The notes: generated by a model from the sequence alone, not told the origin. Shown: positions 20,467 through 33,387, counted from the first letter of the stretch. The stretch: DNA of 64,000 nucleotides from Planctomycetota bacterium (GCA_965222115.1 CBDCTJ010000003.1:448001-512000), one strand, 5' to 3'. Numbers and translations: made by a program.

Positions 20467-21975
20467 TCAGCGGACCTTCCGGCTCGACGAGGCGTGCTCA
20501 AGGCGCACGATGAGGTTCTCTTCTCCGCGCTCGAACGAGTTGAACTGCACGGCCTCAAAGTCTTTGGCGGACACGCGAATCGCAACCTCGTCAAGCTCGC
20601 CTGCATAGCGCAATTCGAAGCACCCGAATTCGTCGGTGCGAAGCCCCACCCCATGCAGCGGCCACCACTTGTTGTTGCGATCGCCTGATCGTCGCGCGAG
20701 ACCCATGACCCATGCGCCGCAGAGCGGCTGACCCTCATCATCTTCCACAACGCCCGAAGCGAACATCGGCAAGGGATGCAGCTCCTGATCACCGAGGTTG
20801 CGGATTCCCGATTGCAGCTCTTTAGGCAACTCGATGCGCGTAAAGCCGCTACCTTTGCGTCCCCTGGCATCGCCTGTCATGAGCAAGGCGTAACGCGCGT
20901 GTTCAACAAGTTTGGTGGTTCCGTACGTAAAGTCGATTCGACCTTCCTCATCGGTGGACAAAATGACACGGTCCTTGGGTTCACGTAGCCGCTCGGTTGA
21001 TTCGGTGGGCATGCCACCATGTTGCCACACGGCAAATATCAGGCGTGCTCGTTTGAGTGGATCGCCATCGGGACCTACTACACGCCCAACAAATCGAGGT
21101 CTCTCCGGCCCAAGCGTGACGGTGCACTGCATCGTTTGACCGTCCTCTTTCGGCCCCTCAATATCGATCGCCCCGGGCTCAAGCGTGTCGTCAATCACGT
21201 AGGCCTCGACGTGAAGCATCGCGCCGAGTGGCAGATTCTCAAACGAAGCCATGCCCGATGCGTCAACATCTTGGGGACTGTTGTCGGGACCCGCCGCACG
21301 TCGCTCCATGCCGTCATCAATCACCCAACTTACGTTTACACGCGATTGAATCTGTGGCGCACTACCAGATTGATCTAACACGTTCACGCGAAGCCGACCG
21401 AAACCGAGAAGTTGAATCGTCTCGCGCTGGCCAGCAACTGGCGTCGACTTCAAGAGCTTTGTAACTCGTCGAGACAAGGAATCTGTTGCCTGTAATTGAT
21501 ACTGAAACTTCACTTCGCCCAAGTCGCGCGACGAGTCGCGCTCACGCATCGCCGCCACGTCGAACAATACGACGCCTCGCGAACTCGTCGTTTCTCTTTG
21601 CACCAGCTCCCACGGCGCCTCCAAACCACCGAGTGAGGGCGATTCAATCAGCTCGCGACGCACAAGCTCCACCATCACGCCCGCCTGCGGATTTCCCGAA
21701 GGAACGATCACGGTCACATGCAGTGCGGACTCACTTCCCTCATCCTCCGCGTTTGTTTCGCCCGCTGGATCTTCCGTATTGCCATTATCGACTTCTATCG
21801 GCTCGGCGCCTCTAGCGTTGGTCGGCGTCGCAACGGGTGAAGACACGACTTCGATATCACTATCAAAATCGTTGCGCGGAAGATCTGATGGGCTGTCCAT
21901 CAATAGAAACGCCAACAACACGCACGCCAGCCCCACGACTCCCAAGAGCAGCAGCCCTCGTCGATCTCGTTGCAT
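20467..21975 (-). CDS. Membrane-anchored carboxypeptidase-regulatory-like (Ig/transthyretin-like) repeat protein
   Basis: N-terminal TM; repeated GRVVGPDGDPL / SGVVEDDEGQPL..TDE.G.F units; paralog of the next gene. Confidence 0.8.
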   Translation of the reverse strand: MQRDRRGLLLLGVVGLACVLLAFLLMDSPSDLPRNDFDSDIEVVSSPVATPTNARGAEPIEVDNGNTEDPAGETNAEDEGSESALHVTVIVPSGNPQAGVMVELVRRELIESPSLGGLEAPWELVQRETTSSRGVVLFDVAAMRERDSSRDLGEVKFQYQLQATDSLSRRVTKLLKSTPVAGQRETIQLLGFGRLRVNVLDQSGSAPQIQSRVNVSWVIDDGMERRAAGPDNSPQDVDASGMASFENLPLGAMLHVEAYVIDDTLEPGAIDIEGPKEDGQTMQCTVTLGPERPRFVGRVVGPDGDPLKRARLIFAVWQHGGMPTESTERLREPKDRVILSTDEEGRIDFTYGTTKLVEHARYALLMTGDARGRKGSGFTRIELPKELQSGIRNLGDQELHPLPMFASGVVEDDEGQPLCGAWVMGLARRSGDRNNKWWPLHGVGLRTDEFGCFELRYAGELDEVAIRVSAKDFEAVQFNSFERGEENLIVRLEHASSSRKVR

Positions 21976-22059
21976 TGGTAATATTGTATCGCCAGCTTGT
22001 TTTCGTTGGTGGAAATCTGTGCTGGAAGTTCCTGTGTTGCTCGCGAAGACACTAAATCA

Positions 22060-23586
22060 CTACTTCGCACTCTTCTTGAGGTGCACAACCACGCCGGCAT
22101 CGCCGCGCCGGAAATCTTGGAAGCGGAGCGGCTCATATCCCCGAGCGGTGATAAGTATGCTGCCAGTTTCGACTTTGCCGGCGTGCTGAAATCTAAATCT
22201 CCCGTTTCGCTTCGTTCGCCAGTTCAATCCGGGGATCGAATCCCATTTCATCCTTTGCCGGTTCTGCGAACCGCTTTGGATGACTACGGTGGCCCCTCGA
22301 ACTGGTTGTTCTTGGTCGTCCACAACCGTGCCAGCTACTAGTAGCGGTACCGGCTCAAGTGTGACGTTGCCCAAGTCCCATGGTGCGGACGGAAGCTGCC
22401 GAGGAAGTTCGAGTCTTGAGTACAGTATCGTGTGGTCTGTACCCTCTATCGCTTGATCGAGAGTATGGATGCGTTTCACGCGAATTATGGCGCGCTGGTC
22501 TCCAACGGTGGGAATCGTAGATCCAAAGGCAAAATCAAAGCGTCCCTCTTCATCGGTCCTGAAGTGCTGAATACTGCTGAGTCGACCGCGCAGGTCCGGA
22601 CGGCCCGGGAAAAGTTCATCCGGCAGCCAAGCCTGATACGTAAAACGAGATTTAGGGATGCGCACGCCATCAGGGTTCAGCAACGTACCCCGAATGCGTG
22701 GTCGGGACGGTCCTAGCCTCAACGTAACGCTTGTCCGTTCTCCTGAACGAGTTGGTCCCCTCACGATTGTCGATGCCGATCCAACCGAGTCGTCATAGGC
22801 AGACGCCGTCACACGCAGCGAAAGACCCAGTTCCAACGATTTGTAGTCGACGATGCCGTTCTTCACCATTCGCGGGTTGTCCGGATGGCATCGCGGGCGC
22901 ACCACGCCGCTTTCCCACGTATCCCAATTCAAGGCAACACACGTGGGGATACCTGGTGTCGCACCTTCGTTGTCAATCACGTTTACACGGAGTGACCCAA
23001 GTGCCGGCAGCTTGAGCTCAACACGTTGACCGTCTTCAGGCGTACCATCCAGCTCAACGGCAGCTGTCCGGCTCGATGCAACTTCGGCGCGCACGCAATA
23101 CTGAGCTTGCACATTGTTCGACTTTCTAAGCACGCGATAACTCTGCACCTTTGCGATATCGATTGACGCCTGGCCATGTGCGTCGCTCAGCGCGCCGGCA
23201 ACGGCAGTCCACTTTGAACTTACGAGTTCAAACTTCGGCGACCCCGGCTTGCGACGTATCTCAAGAACAACTTGCACTCCTTCGGCTGGCCTTCCCATCG
23301 AGTCTTGAACGGAGACCAGCAGATTCTCGCTTACATCAACGCTCCCTGAGCGAGGTCTCCGCACGTTCCTTCGTGGAGTCGTCGCGCTCGTTCCCTTCTC
23401 TACAGCTCCGTCGCCGCGACCCCGAAGCATCGGCTGGCCATCGCCGGACCGCTCGTACCCCTCACCAACGATCAAACGCTCATCCGCCGGCTCATCCCCC
23501 ATCTCACCCAGCCAGATAATCAAGGCGCCCACCAGGACAACAAGCCCCGCCGTCATGAGCACCGTAGTGGATCGACGTTCCAACAT
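22060..23586 (-). CDS. Membrane-anchored carboxypeptidase-regulatory-like repeat protein (tandem paralog)
   Basis: Same architecture and shared blocks (LGP.RPR..G, TDEEGR.DF, ELP..L.S....LG). Confidence 0.8.
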   Translation of the reverse strand: MLERRSTTVLMTAGLVVLVGALIIWLGEMGDEPADERLIVGEGYERSGDGQPMLRGRGDGAVEKGTSATTPRRNVRRPRSGSVDVSENLLVSVQDSMGRPAEGVQVVLEIRRKPGSPKFELVSSKWTAVAGALSDAHGQASIDIAKVQSYRVLRKSNNVQAQYCVRAEVASSRTAAVELDGTPEDGQRVELKLPALGSLRVNVIDNEGATPGIPTCVALNWDTWESGVVRPRCHPDNPRMVKNGIVDYKSLELGLSLRVTASAYDDSVGSASTIVRGPTRSGERTSVTLRLGPSRPRIRGTLLNPDGVRIPKSRFTYQAWLPDELFPGRPDLRGRLSSIQHFRTDEEGRFDFAFGSTIPTVGDQRAIIRVKRIHTLDQAIEGTDHTILYSRLELPRQLPSAPWDLGNVTLEPVPLLVAGTVVDDQEQPVRGATVVIQSGSQNRQRMKWDSIPGLNWRTKRNGRFRFQHAGKVETGSILITARGYEPLRFQDFRRGDAGVVVHLKKSAK

Positions 23587-23729
23587 CCGCGCACATTCTA
23601 CGCCCCATAGTTCCGACCATCCACGGCCAGCAATGCCCCTCTCTCACCACCTTTACCCGTCAGATAACCGGACTACCGAATCTCCCCTAGAAACCGGCCC
23701 ACTTCCCCGTATCCTCCTCACCGACCCAA

Positions 23730-23805
23730 GGGCGTTTAGCTCAGTTGGTAGAGCACCAGCTCGACAAGCTGGGGGTCACTGGTTCGAGCCCAGTAACGCC
23801 CACCA
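23730..23805 (+). tRNA. trnV: tRNA-Val(GAC)
   Basis: GGGCGTT/AACGCCC acceptor stem, D arm AGCTCAGTTGGTAGAGC, anticodon arm CCAGC-TCGACAA-GCTGG, GGTTCGAG T loop, encoded CCA. Confidence 0.97.
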
Positions 23806-23957
23806 ACCTATGTTTATCTAACGCAAGAAACCGTTCCGCTATCGGCTGCCAGTGACCCCCAGCCGGGGGAGTGAGCGAAGCGAACGGCCCGGGGGCAGCG
23901 CCCCCGGTAAAAATAGGCGGGTCCTGACCCCGAAGGGACGAGCGAAGCGAGCCCGCA

Positions 23958-23991
23958 GGGGTCACTGGTTCGAGCCCAGTAACGCCCACCA
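23958..23991 (+). repeat. Exact copy of the tRNA-Val 3' end
   Basis: ggggtcactggttcgagcccagtaacgcccacca, identical to 23772-23805. Confidence 0.9.
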
Positions 23992-24106
23992 TCTCTTCTT
24001 ATGGTCCACACAGATTCGGGTGTCGCTTGACTGTTCGTTAGCCGCGTGGGGCTCTAACCAGCGACCCCAAGGGTCGTTCTTCCTGGTCAGCCGTTCCGGC
24101 TTCCCT

Positions 24107-24204
24107 TGGTTCGAGCCCAGTAACGCCCACCAACCCATTGTTTACGCAACGCAAGAAACCGTTCCGCTATCGGCTGTCAGTGACCCCCAGCCAGGGGAGT
24201 GAGC
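24107..24204 (+). repeat. Second copy of the tRNA-Val 3' end plus about 70 bp of its downstream flank
   Basis: Near-identical to 23780-23877 (tggttcgagcccagtaacgcccaccaacc..aacgcaagaaaccgttccgctatcggctg.cagtgacccccagcc.ggggagtgagc). Confidence 0.9.
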
Positions 24205-24218
24205 AACCTCCCTTAACC

Positions 24219-26573
<2,355 letters not shown>

Positions 26574-26700
26574 GTAGAGCCCTCGTCACGGGTCGAGGCG
26601 TGAGACTACCGTATTTTGAAATTCTCCAGCGAAGAACGATACTTGGAAACACACTGATGGTTCGGAGGTTCTTCTGCATCCGTAAAGATAGGATTCCGAG

Positions 26701-27141
26701 GTGAGTGATTTTGATCGCGTCGCAGAGAGGATTCGTGAACTCGATTCAGGCGACGTTGGTACCGGCGTCTCTGAGGATGCGGTGACCGCCGCGGAGGCTG
26801 CGCTCGCCGTGAAGCTTGTAGGAGGATACAGAGAGTTTCTACTGGTCTTCGGCTTTGGCGGAGTTGAGGATGTTGAGTTGTATGGGCTTGGTGGTCCGGA
26901 CTATCTCGATGTAGTCCAGATTACGAAGAGTGAAAGAGCGATAGCAGAGCCTCAGCTCCCGCACCACCTAGTCCCAATTTGGAATGATGGCGGAGGCAAT
27001 TTGTATTGCCTGAACACGCGGGAAGGCGAGGAACATCCGATCGTGTTTTGGGATCATGAGTTGGGATCTGATCAGGCACCTGACATTGACGCTCCAGATT
27101 TCGCGACTTGGATGATGGAACAGCTAGATGGCCTGGACTGA
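26701..27141 (+). CDS. SMI1/KNR4 (SUKH) family immunity protein
   Basis: AAEAALAVKLVGGYREFLL..G.G, LVPIWNDGGGNLYCL, IVFWDHE, DFATWM. Confidence 0.9.
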   Translation: MSDFDRVAERIRELDSGDVGTGVSEDAVTAAEAALAVKLVGGYREFLLVFGFGGVEDVELYGLGGPDYLDVVQITKSERAIAEPQLPHHLVPIWNDGGGNLYCLNTREGEEHPIVFWDHELGSDQAPDIDAPDFATWMMEQLDGLD

Positions 27142-27217
27142 CGTGATGTTGGCGAGTTAAAGAGCACGGTATCTCGTCTCAAGGGAGCCTTCGTCCAATG
27201 TTCTGCGCCGTGTGTGC

Positions 27218-27226
27218 TGGTATAAT
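27218..27226 (+). promoter_or_regulatory. Extended -10 promoter (TGnTATAAT) of the TA operon, probably leaderless
   Basis: tggTATAAT ending 6 bp before the ATG at 27233; no RBS. Confidence 0.6.
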
Positions 27227-27232
27227 CGACAC

Positions 27233-27469
27233 ATGACCAAGTCAGCCTCCGAACTCCTTGAGCACGTCTTGCGACTTCCCGAGGTTGACCGCGTGCGCAT
27301 CGCAACTGAAGTTCTCGCAAGCCTCGATGGCCCACCCGACGCTGGATGGGACGAAGCATGGTTGGCGGAGCTTGACTCGCGGGTGCGTGCTGCGGAAGCT
27401 CGGGGCGAAGTCGCGCCCGAGTGGTCCGAGGTGCGGGCGCGTGTGCTAGCGAAGCTTGGATCAAAGTGA
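27233..27469 (+). CDS. Addiction-module antitoxin (TIGR02574-like)
   Basis: LRLPEVDRVRIATEVLASLD..AWLAELDSRV..WSEVRAR; overlaps the toxin (GTGA). Confidence 0.88.
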   Translation: MTKSASELLEHVLRLPEVDRVRIATEVLASLDGPPDAGWDEAWLAELDSRVRAAEARGEVAPEWSEVRARVLAKLGSK

Positions 27470-27765
27470 CTCGGCGAATTTCGGTTGCGCCCGAGGCAGA
27501 AGAGGAAATCACGGAAGCCGCTCTCTGGTACGAATCGAAGCGATCTGGCTTGGGAATTGAATTCGTTGCAGCGATTGATCGCGCCCTCGAACGAATTGCC
27601 GTGGCACCGAGCTCTTACGCCAAGTGGCGCACGGAGTTTCCGTATCGTCGCGCTGTATTGACACGATTTCCCTTTCAAGTTTTCTATACCGAAATTCCAA
27701 CGCACATACACGTGTGGGCAATCGCACATTCCAAGCGACGACCTGGATACTGGTTACACCGATAG
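27466..27765 (+). CDS. RelE/ParE family toxin
   Basis: AEEEITEAALWYE...GLG.EF, RFPFQVFY, AIAHSKRRPGYW. Confidence 0.92.
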   Translation: MTRRISVAPEAEEEITEAALWYESKRSGLGIEFVAAIDRALERIAVAPSSYAKWRTEFPYRRAVLTRFPFQVFYTEIPTHIHVWAIAHSKRRPGYWLHR

Positions 27766-27871
27766 GTGGTAGGCACCAACGCCGTGGTTAGTGTCCGAGC
27801 CGGCGAGACTTAAGTCATGAACTTGGTAGGAGAAAACGCGGCATGGCCTCCACGCACCACAGAGACTCCTG

Positions 27872-28672
27872 ATGTCGCCCTCGACTTCTTTCGATGATCT
27901 CGACGCATTGCTCCAGTTGTGGGTCAAGGACCTGCAGGAGCATCTCGGTCCAACACTCGTCGGTGCTTATCTACAAGGCTCGTTTGCGATGGGTGCGGGA
28001 GACGAGCACAGCGATGTGGACTTCATCGTCGTTGTTGGAGATGAGCTCACGGTCGAGGATGTGGCAAAGGTTCAGCACATCCACACGCAGATCTTTAATG
28101 ACGACACATTTGGACGCTGGCATCGCCACCTCGAAGGGTCGTACGTCCCCAAGCACATATTGCGCGAACTAAAGGACACGTCAGGATCGTTCTGGTACCT
28201 GGACAACGGCGCACGCGAGCTCGTCGAATCCGATCACTGCAACTCACTGGTCGTGCGGCGAACGATGCGCCGCTTTCCGTTTGTGCTGATGGGGCCGTGT
28301 CCGACGACGCTCATTCCACCGGTGCCCGATGACCTGCTCCGCGCATCGATCAAGCGAGCGATGTTTGGCTGGGCGCGACAGATCGTTCGCGACCCGACGC
28401 CGTGGGCGAATCGCTTCTATCAGGGCTTTATCGTCTTTACGTTCTGTCGCGTGTGGCGCTCGCTGACACTTGGCGACATCGGATCGAAGCGCGAGGCAAT
28501 TGTCTGGGCGAAGGAGCGTCTCCCCCGCGACTGGCACGGCCTGTTGGATCGAGCTTGGGATTCGCGTCCCGATCCCGCGACGAGCGCGCGGACGCCGCCC
28601 GACCCGATTGAGTTCGATCGGACGGTTGCGCTGGTACGACTTGTTCTGCGTGAGTTCGACGAAGAGGTGTAG
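27872..28672 (+). CDS. Aminoglycoside adenylyltransferase-like nucleotidyltransferase (NTase + DUF4111-like)
   Basis: GAYLQGSFAMG..DEHSDVDF NTase motif; C-terminal CRVW...SKREAIVWA. Confidence 0.82.
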   Translation: MSPSTSFDDLDALLQLWVKDLQEHLGPTLVGAYLQGSFAMGAGDEHSDVDFIVVVGDELTVEDVAKVQHIHTQIFNDDTFGRWHRHLEGSYVPKHILRELKDTSGSFWYLDNGARELVESDHCNSLVVRRTMRRFPFVLMGPCPTTLIPPVPDDLLRASIKRAMFGWARQIVRDPTPWANRFYQGFIVFTFCRVWRSLTLGDIGSKREAIVWAKERLPRDWHGLLDRAWDSRPDPATSARTPPDPIEFDRTVALVRLVLREFDEEV

Positions 28673-28942
28673 CGCGCATCGGCGGGACTGGCAAGATGGT
28701 CGAAGACACCGCGAAGATACCGGACCGCGTTTTCACGCACCTGGAGGTGCGGGAAACTCGGCGTCTGGATCGAACCCACACTTTTCAGCAACTCCGATTA
28801 TCCCGAGGCATGCCTCCAGACGTGCCCAGTAACGCCCACTAGTACTTTCCCGCGCAGACGCGATACCCGCCAGCAACGCGCTGCACTGTGAAATCTCTCC
28901 GAAGTGCGAGTAAGTACTGACATCGAGTCGGGACTATGTTCA

Positions 28943-29890
28943 TCAAGTTGATGGGAAGTAACGCAGCTGGGAATCTCGTTCAAAGAGTGCCCCAAGAAGC
29001 GCAACCTCCGAGCCGGCCAAACCTTCAGACACAAACAGTATCTGTCCAGTGCCAGGCAGGGATTTCACCCCGGCAACAATGTCGGACAGTGCAGTCATCT
29101 CAGCGGCCGTTCGACCGCCGGGCAAGGGGCCTATTTTGCTCTCGAATGAGGCGCACTGTTCAGGGGCATCGGAGACAAGCACGTCGGCCTTTGAGTACAC
29201 GCCTCCGGGAAGTTCATTTCGCCCTCCGAACTTAGGTCCCACTGTTGCCACATAACGTGAAGAAGCTAGGGCCTCAGCGGCAACCACAGGTTCCGAACTC
29301 CTTGTTACTGCGAGAACTGCATCAGCATCTTCTGCTGCGGTTCCTGATGTGACTTCGGCATGCGCAGGAACGTTCGTGTCCTTCGCCAACTCCATAGCAA
29401 ACGACTCGGCAGCCTCTCGGCGCCGTGCCCAAATTTGGAACGATTCAATGGACCGGGCAGAGGCCCATGTTCTGGCGTGGTGAAACGCCTGAAAGCCTGC
29501 ACCGAGTACCGCAACGCGAATGGGGTGCGTCAAGGCGCGAGTCGCGACCTCCATCGCGACACCCCCGAGGGCTGCTGTTCGCCACGCCCCGAACTCGGGC
29601 CCGCGGGCGGTAGCCAAAATCTGGCCGTCTGAAAGTCGGAGCAGTACGAGCAACTGCGAGTCATCGTGTGTACCGGACTCGCGGTCGATGGAATAGAGTC
29701 GAAAGCCAGCAACGTCTTGTGTGGCCGATGCGCCAACGGTAAATACCAACTGCCGGTTGCGAACAGGGACGTTCATTCGGGGCGGCGCCGCCGTTTGATC
29801 CTCGGCGGTAGCGCAAAGATATGATCGCATCGCCTCTAGCGCGCCTTCACGCCCCAAGCGTCTTAGCTCCGACGGCTCGAAGTGTTGCAT
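28943..29890 (-). CDS. Ornithine cyclodeaminase/mu-crystallin family protein
   Basis: PPRMNV, WRTAALGGVA, VLGAGFQA, FVSEGLAGSEVA. Confidence 0.85.
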   Translation of the reverse strand: MQHFEPSELRRLGREGALEAMRSYLCATAEDQTAAPPRMNVPVRNRQLVFTVGASATQDVAGFRLYSIDRESGTHDDSQLLVLLRLSDGQILATARGPEFGAWRTAALGGVAMEVATRALTHPIRVAVLGAGFQAFHHARTWASARSIESFQIWARRREAAESFAMELAKDTNVPAHAEVTSGTAAEDADAVLAVTRSSEPVVAAEALASSRYVATVGPKFGGRNELPGGVYSKADVLVSDAPEQCASFESKIGPLPGGRTAAEMTALSDIVAGVKSLPGTGQILFVSEGLAGSEVALLGALFERDSQLRYFPST

Positions 29891-30078
29891 TAGTTGATCG
29901 TCCTTCCAGCGGTGTCTCTATGACATTGATGTGTGCGATACCTGACGTCCGTCTCAAGCCGTGCGCGTGGATTCGTGATCGCTATCACCTACAGCTCATC
30001 GCCACAGCGTGAACATGCCAAGGAGTGCCGGCAAAGCACAGGCAATGAGTGTGATCTTCTCCCTGACACAGCATTCCT

Positions 30079-30516
30079 CTACAAACAGATTTTTGCCAAG
30101 TGCTCGCCGTCTTCGATCTCGCCTGTCGGAACGAATCCGAAGCGCTTGTAGAAGGACTCGGGGCTGCCTTCACCAACTTGGTAACTCACGTAGAGCTCCT
30201 TCGCATTCGGGCGCGTGCGCACATGCTCGATCAAGAGTTCGAGCACTCTTCTACCGTACCCCTTGTGCTGGTACTCTTTGTCAATCATCATGCGCCAGAG
30301 GAAGTACTCCGCCTTTTCAGGGATGTCGGAGATCATCACGAATCCGACGGGCTTCTCCCCCACGTAAACGCCGCGGAACCATGCATCCTCGTGGAAGTAC
30401 GCCTGTGCAATCGAAACTGCATTGTTCGCGACGAACTTCTTCTGCTCCGGTGAGACACTCAGCTTCAGGATCGCGCCAAGCGTCTCTTTGGTGATCTGGC
30501 GCAGCGTGACATCCAT
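30079..30516 (-). CDS. GNAT acetyltransferase (spermidine acetyltransferase-like)
   Basis: QKKFVANNAVSIAQA, RMMIDKEYQHKGYGR, FYKRFGF. Confidence 0.92.
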   Translation of the reverse strand: MDVTLRQITKETLGAILKLSVSPEQKKFVANNAVSIAQAYFHEDAWFRGVYVGEKPVGFVMISDIPEKAEYFLWRMMIDKEYQHKGYGRRVLELLIEHVRTRPNAKELYVSYQVGEGSPESFYKRFGFVPTGEIEDGEHLAKICL

Positions 30517-30666
30517 GCCCGCAGCCTATCGCGACGCGCCGGTTCGTGCCCGGCGAAACATCGAATCAGCGAGATACGAGGATGGTTTGAGGGCCACACT
30601 TGTTCTTGAGCTCCGCGTAACTCGTGGGCTGCCGTACACGCGTTGGCCCCAATACGCATGCAAAAC

Positions 30667-33327
30667 TCATTCGGGTTGGGGAAGGCGAATCTCGACGCCC
30701 TTGGTGCCCGGCGTGGCCCTTTGAGTGGCCACTCGCGACTTGCCCTTCTCGTACAAGTACATGCGAAGCTGGACGTCCTCGGAACGCGCAGGATCCACAA
30801 CCGCTACATAGCGTCCGTCCGGACCAACTTTGGCGATCCCGATCTGCTTTTCGTCGTGAAAGACTTGGACGAAGCCGTTCCTTATCGGCTTGCCATCGTG
30901 CTCGAACACTGTGCCCTCAATGGTCGTCCCCGTTGCAAACTGGACTTCAATGGTCTGTCCATGGGGAACCACGGATTTCGGCGCAGGGACACGCCAGGGT
31001 TGTTCAGCGGTTGAAGAGAAGAGGACGCGAACTTGCGTCGGCTGCGCGAGAAGGTCTTCGTACGTGACCTCTCCCTTGTCGTCAGTCCGAGAGTAGCCCT
31101 TGCGACCGGGCGATGTTGGATGAAGGGACACAGGGACCTTCGGCACGGCGTTTCCACTGGGATCGAGCGCTCGCACAGTCAGCGAACGGTCGCTTGCAAT
31201 TGCCTTAGCACGAACCACGATGTCCTGTGCGCCCGGTTCGACGCCCTCTGCCACACCTGCGATCGCTTTATGCGTAGGCATGTGTAACCGAGCCCTGCTC
31301 GAACCCGCCATTCCGCGAAATACGACGTCGAACACTTCCTTGCTGCTTGTGCGGTAGGTAAACACGCCAAGTTCGTCGCAGTAGGCTTGCACGATCTCTT
31401 GTCCGTCACGCCTGAACGTGACGTGTGCCCACGCCACGGGCTTGCCCCCAGGGTCGAGTACGCGTCCCTTGGTCAGTAGCGCACGCTTGAGCACGATTTC
31501 GATATCGTTTTGATCGACAACTTTGGTGCCTTGGTGCGGTTCGTAGGGCGCGTCTTTGCCAAACCATACTTGCAGTTGCATGGTGCCCGGCTTCACGCGC
31601 ACCACAGCGAGACCGTCGATGTCTGTGCTTGTGCTCACGCCCGCTTGCTGCCGGGCTCCGGTCACCGCCAGTCGTGCATGCTTCACCGGATTTCCAGCGT
31701 CGTCGACCACGCGCACACGCACTTCGCGAGAGTCCTCGAGGGTGATGTCGACCGTAGTGGGCTCATCGTCGTCTTTCAGTACAACATCCTGTCTGGTCGC
31801 TGCTTCGCCTTGCGGCGTCACAGACAGCCGATACTTGCTGGGGGGAAGATCGTCGAAGCGGAACCGACCCAGATCATCGGTTGCACGATGCAGTGTTCGC
31901 GCATACCTGTGTCCGCGTGGTCCATCGGGCAAATGCGTAAGGCTCGCAGAGGCACGCCCGACGGGCGTCCCATCCGCGAACGCCACCCTGCCGATCAGAC
32001 TGCGGCTCGGGCCAAGGGTGATGTCTTCAAGATCGACTTCGCGACCGTCCGTTGGCGGTGGCACCGCCTCCGCAAAGTACCGGGCGTGGCCGCGCGCGAA
32101 TACCGTCAAGCTGTGCGTCATCTCTCGACGTAAGCTTGAGATTGTAAATCGCCCCGCCGCGTCGGTAACCGTGCTGCCCATGGAGCTGACACTGCTCTGG
32201 TATCCGATCGCGCTGACCTGAGCCTTTCCAATCGGATTGCCGTCCGCATCGACGACGCGCCCTACAAAGCGATGCCCGGGTACGAGTTTGAAGTCGAGCG
32301 TCTCGTGCTGCTCGACGTCAATCTGGGCGCGGCCATAGCCTTCCGCCAGGACGTGAACATCCGTGACACCTTTGCCGGTCCATCCATGGAGCACGAAGCG
32401 CCCGTCCGCATCCGTCTTGGTCCGCGGAGTCAGAACCCAGTTCATGCCGACGTGCGCTCCCTCGACTGCTTTGCCTGTCGTGGCATCGGTCACACGACCG
32501 CGGAGGGTTCGGCCCTTTGGCAAGGTTAAGTCGTGAGTCGTCGTCCCAGATTTCTCCATCGAGATGGTAATCCAACTGGGGTTGCCCCAGCCTTCGCGCT
32601 GAGGACGTGGGTCGAGGAAGATCCTTGGCATGGGCGGTATGTCGTCAAACACACATACCCCGGCCTCATTGGTTGTTCCCACGCGTCGGAATGACGTATC
32701 GCGACGGCCGCGGCGAAACACGTGTAGCAACAGGCCCGCTGCCGGCTTGCCCTCCGGCGTCTTGACGTTGACAACAAGAACCCGAGGTTTTTGCATGACG
32801 ATGCGCGCGCGCTCACCGGACAGGCGCAAGGTGTATTCGGTCGTCGCCAATCCATCGGCCGAGACACGAAGATTTACGTGCTCGCCCTTTCGAAGCCGAA
32901 TCAAGAACGTCCCGTCAACCGCACTGCGAGTCGCGAGCCCTGCATGCGATTCGCCGTAGAGACCCCGTCTAGTCAATAGACCATCGTGACGCCAGGGGTA
33001 GTGGAGTACTTGCAGCGCCGCACCCGCAACCGGCGAACCATCTTCACGAACAACCACGCCATGCAGATCGCGCTCACGATCTGCTTTGCTGAGGTCTACG
33101 GGAGCAGGAAGCGCGGGAGCCTCTTCAACGTCTGTGGAGCCGCCGCCCTTGAGACCGACATGGTCCTTGGCGTTCTGCTCTACCGTGAGCGACGCGTTTG
33201 GCGTCCCCACATTGTTGGACTCGGCATTCGCGTCGCTAGGTGAATTATCACCCCGCCATCCGTAGTTCCAGACGAGCGCGACAATGACGAGTAGCGCCAG
33301 AACGATCAACCAGCGTCGTGTCTGCAT
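30667..33327 (-). CDS. Large carboxypeptidase-regulatory-like domain repeat protein
   Basis: N-terminal TM; about 9 repeats of GRV.D..G.PV..A...TD..GRF. Confidence 0.85.
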   Translation of the reverse strand: MQTRRWLIVLALLVIVALVWNYGWRGDNSPSDANAESNNVGTPNASLTVEQNAKDHVGLKGGGSTDVEEAPALPAPVDLSKADRERDLHGVVVREDGSPVAGAALQVLHYPWRHDGLLTRRGLYGESHAGLATRSAVDGTFLIRLRKGEHVNLRVSADGLATTEYTLRLSGERARIVMQKPRVLVVNVKTPEGKPAAGLLLHVFRRGRRDTSFRRVGTTNEAGVCVFDDIPPMPRIFLDPRPQREGWGNPSWITISMEKSGTTTHDLTLPKGRTLRGRVTDATTGKAVEGAHVGMNWVLTPRTKTDADGRFVLHGWTGKGVTDVHVLAEGYGRAQIDVEQHETLDFKLVPGHRFVGRVVDADGNPIGKAQVSAIGYQSSVSSMGSTVTDAAGRFTISSLRREMTHSLTVFARGHARYFAEAVPPPTDGREVDLEDITLGPSRSLIGRVAFADGTPVGRASASLTHLPDGPRGHRYARTLHRATDDLGRFRFDDLPPSKYRLSVTPQGEAATRQDVVLKDDDEPTTVDITLEDSREVRVRVVDDAGNPVKHARLAVTGARQQAGVSTSTDIDGLAVVRVKPGTMQLQVWFGKDAPYEPHQGTKVVDQNDIEIVLKRALLTKGRVLDPGGKPVAWAHVTFRRDGQEIVQAYCDELGVFTYRTSSKEVFDVVFRGMAGSSRARLHMPTHKAIAGVAEGVEPGAQDIVVRAKAIASDRSLTVRALDPSGNAVPKVPVSLHPTSPGRKGYSRTDDKGEVTYEDLLAQPTQVRVLFSSTAEQPWRVPAPKSVVPHGQTIEVQFATGTTIEGTVFEHDGKPIRNGFVQVFHDEKQIGIAKVGPDGRYVAVVDPARSEDVQLRMYLYEKGKSRVATQRATPGTKGVEIRLPQPE

Positions 33328-33387
33328 ATGTACTCCCCGCAGTGTTGAACGCGCACATCATAGCAAGGCTCGATTTAAGATACCGAG

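Noticed and set aside
23958-24135. Additional tRNA genes
   Set aside because: Only T-arm/acceptor 3' halves; no D or anticodon arms
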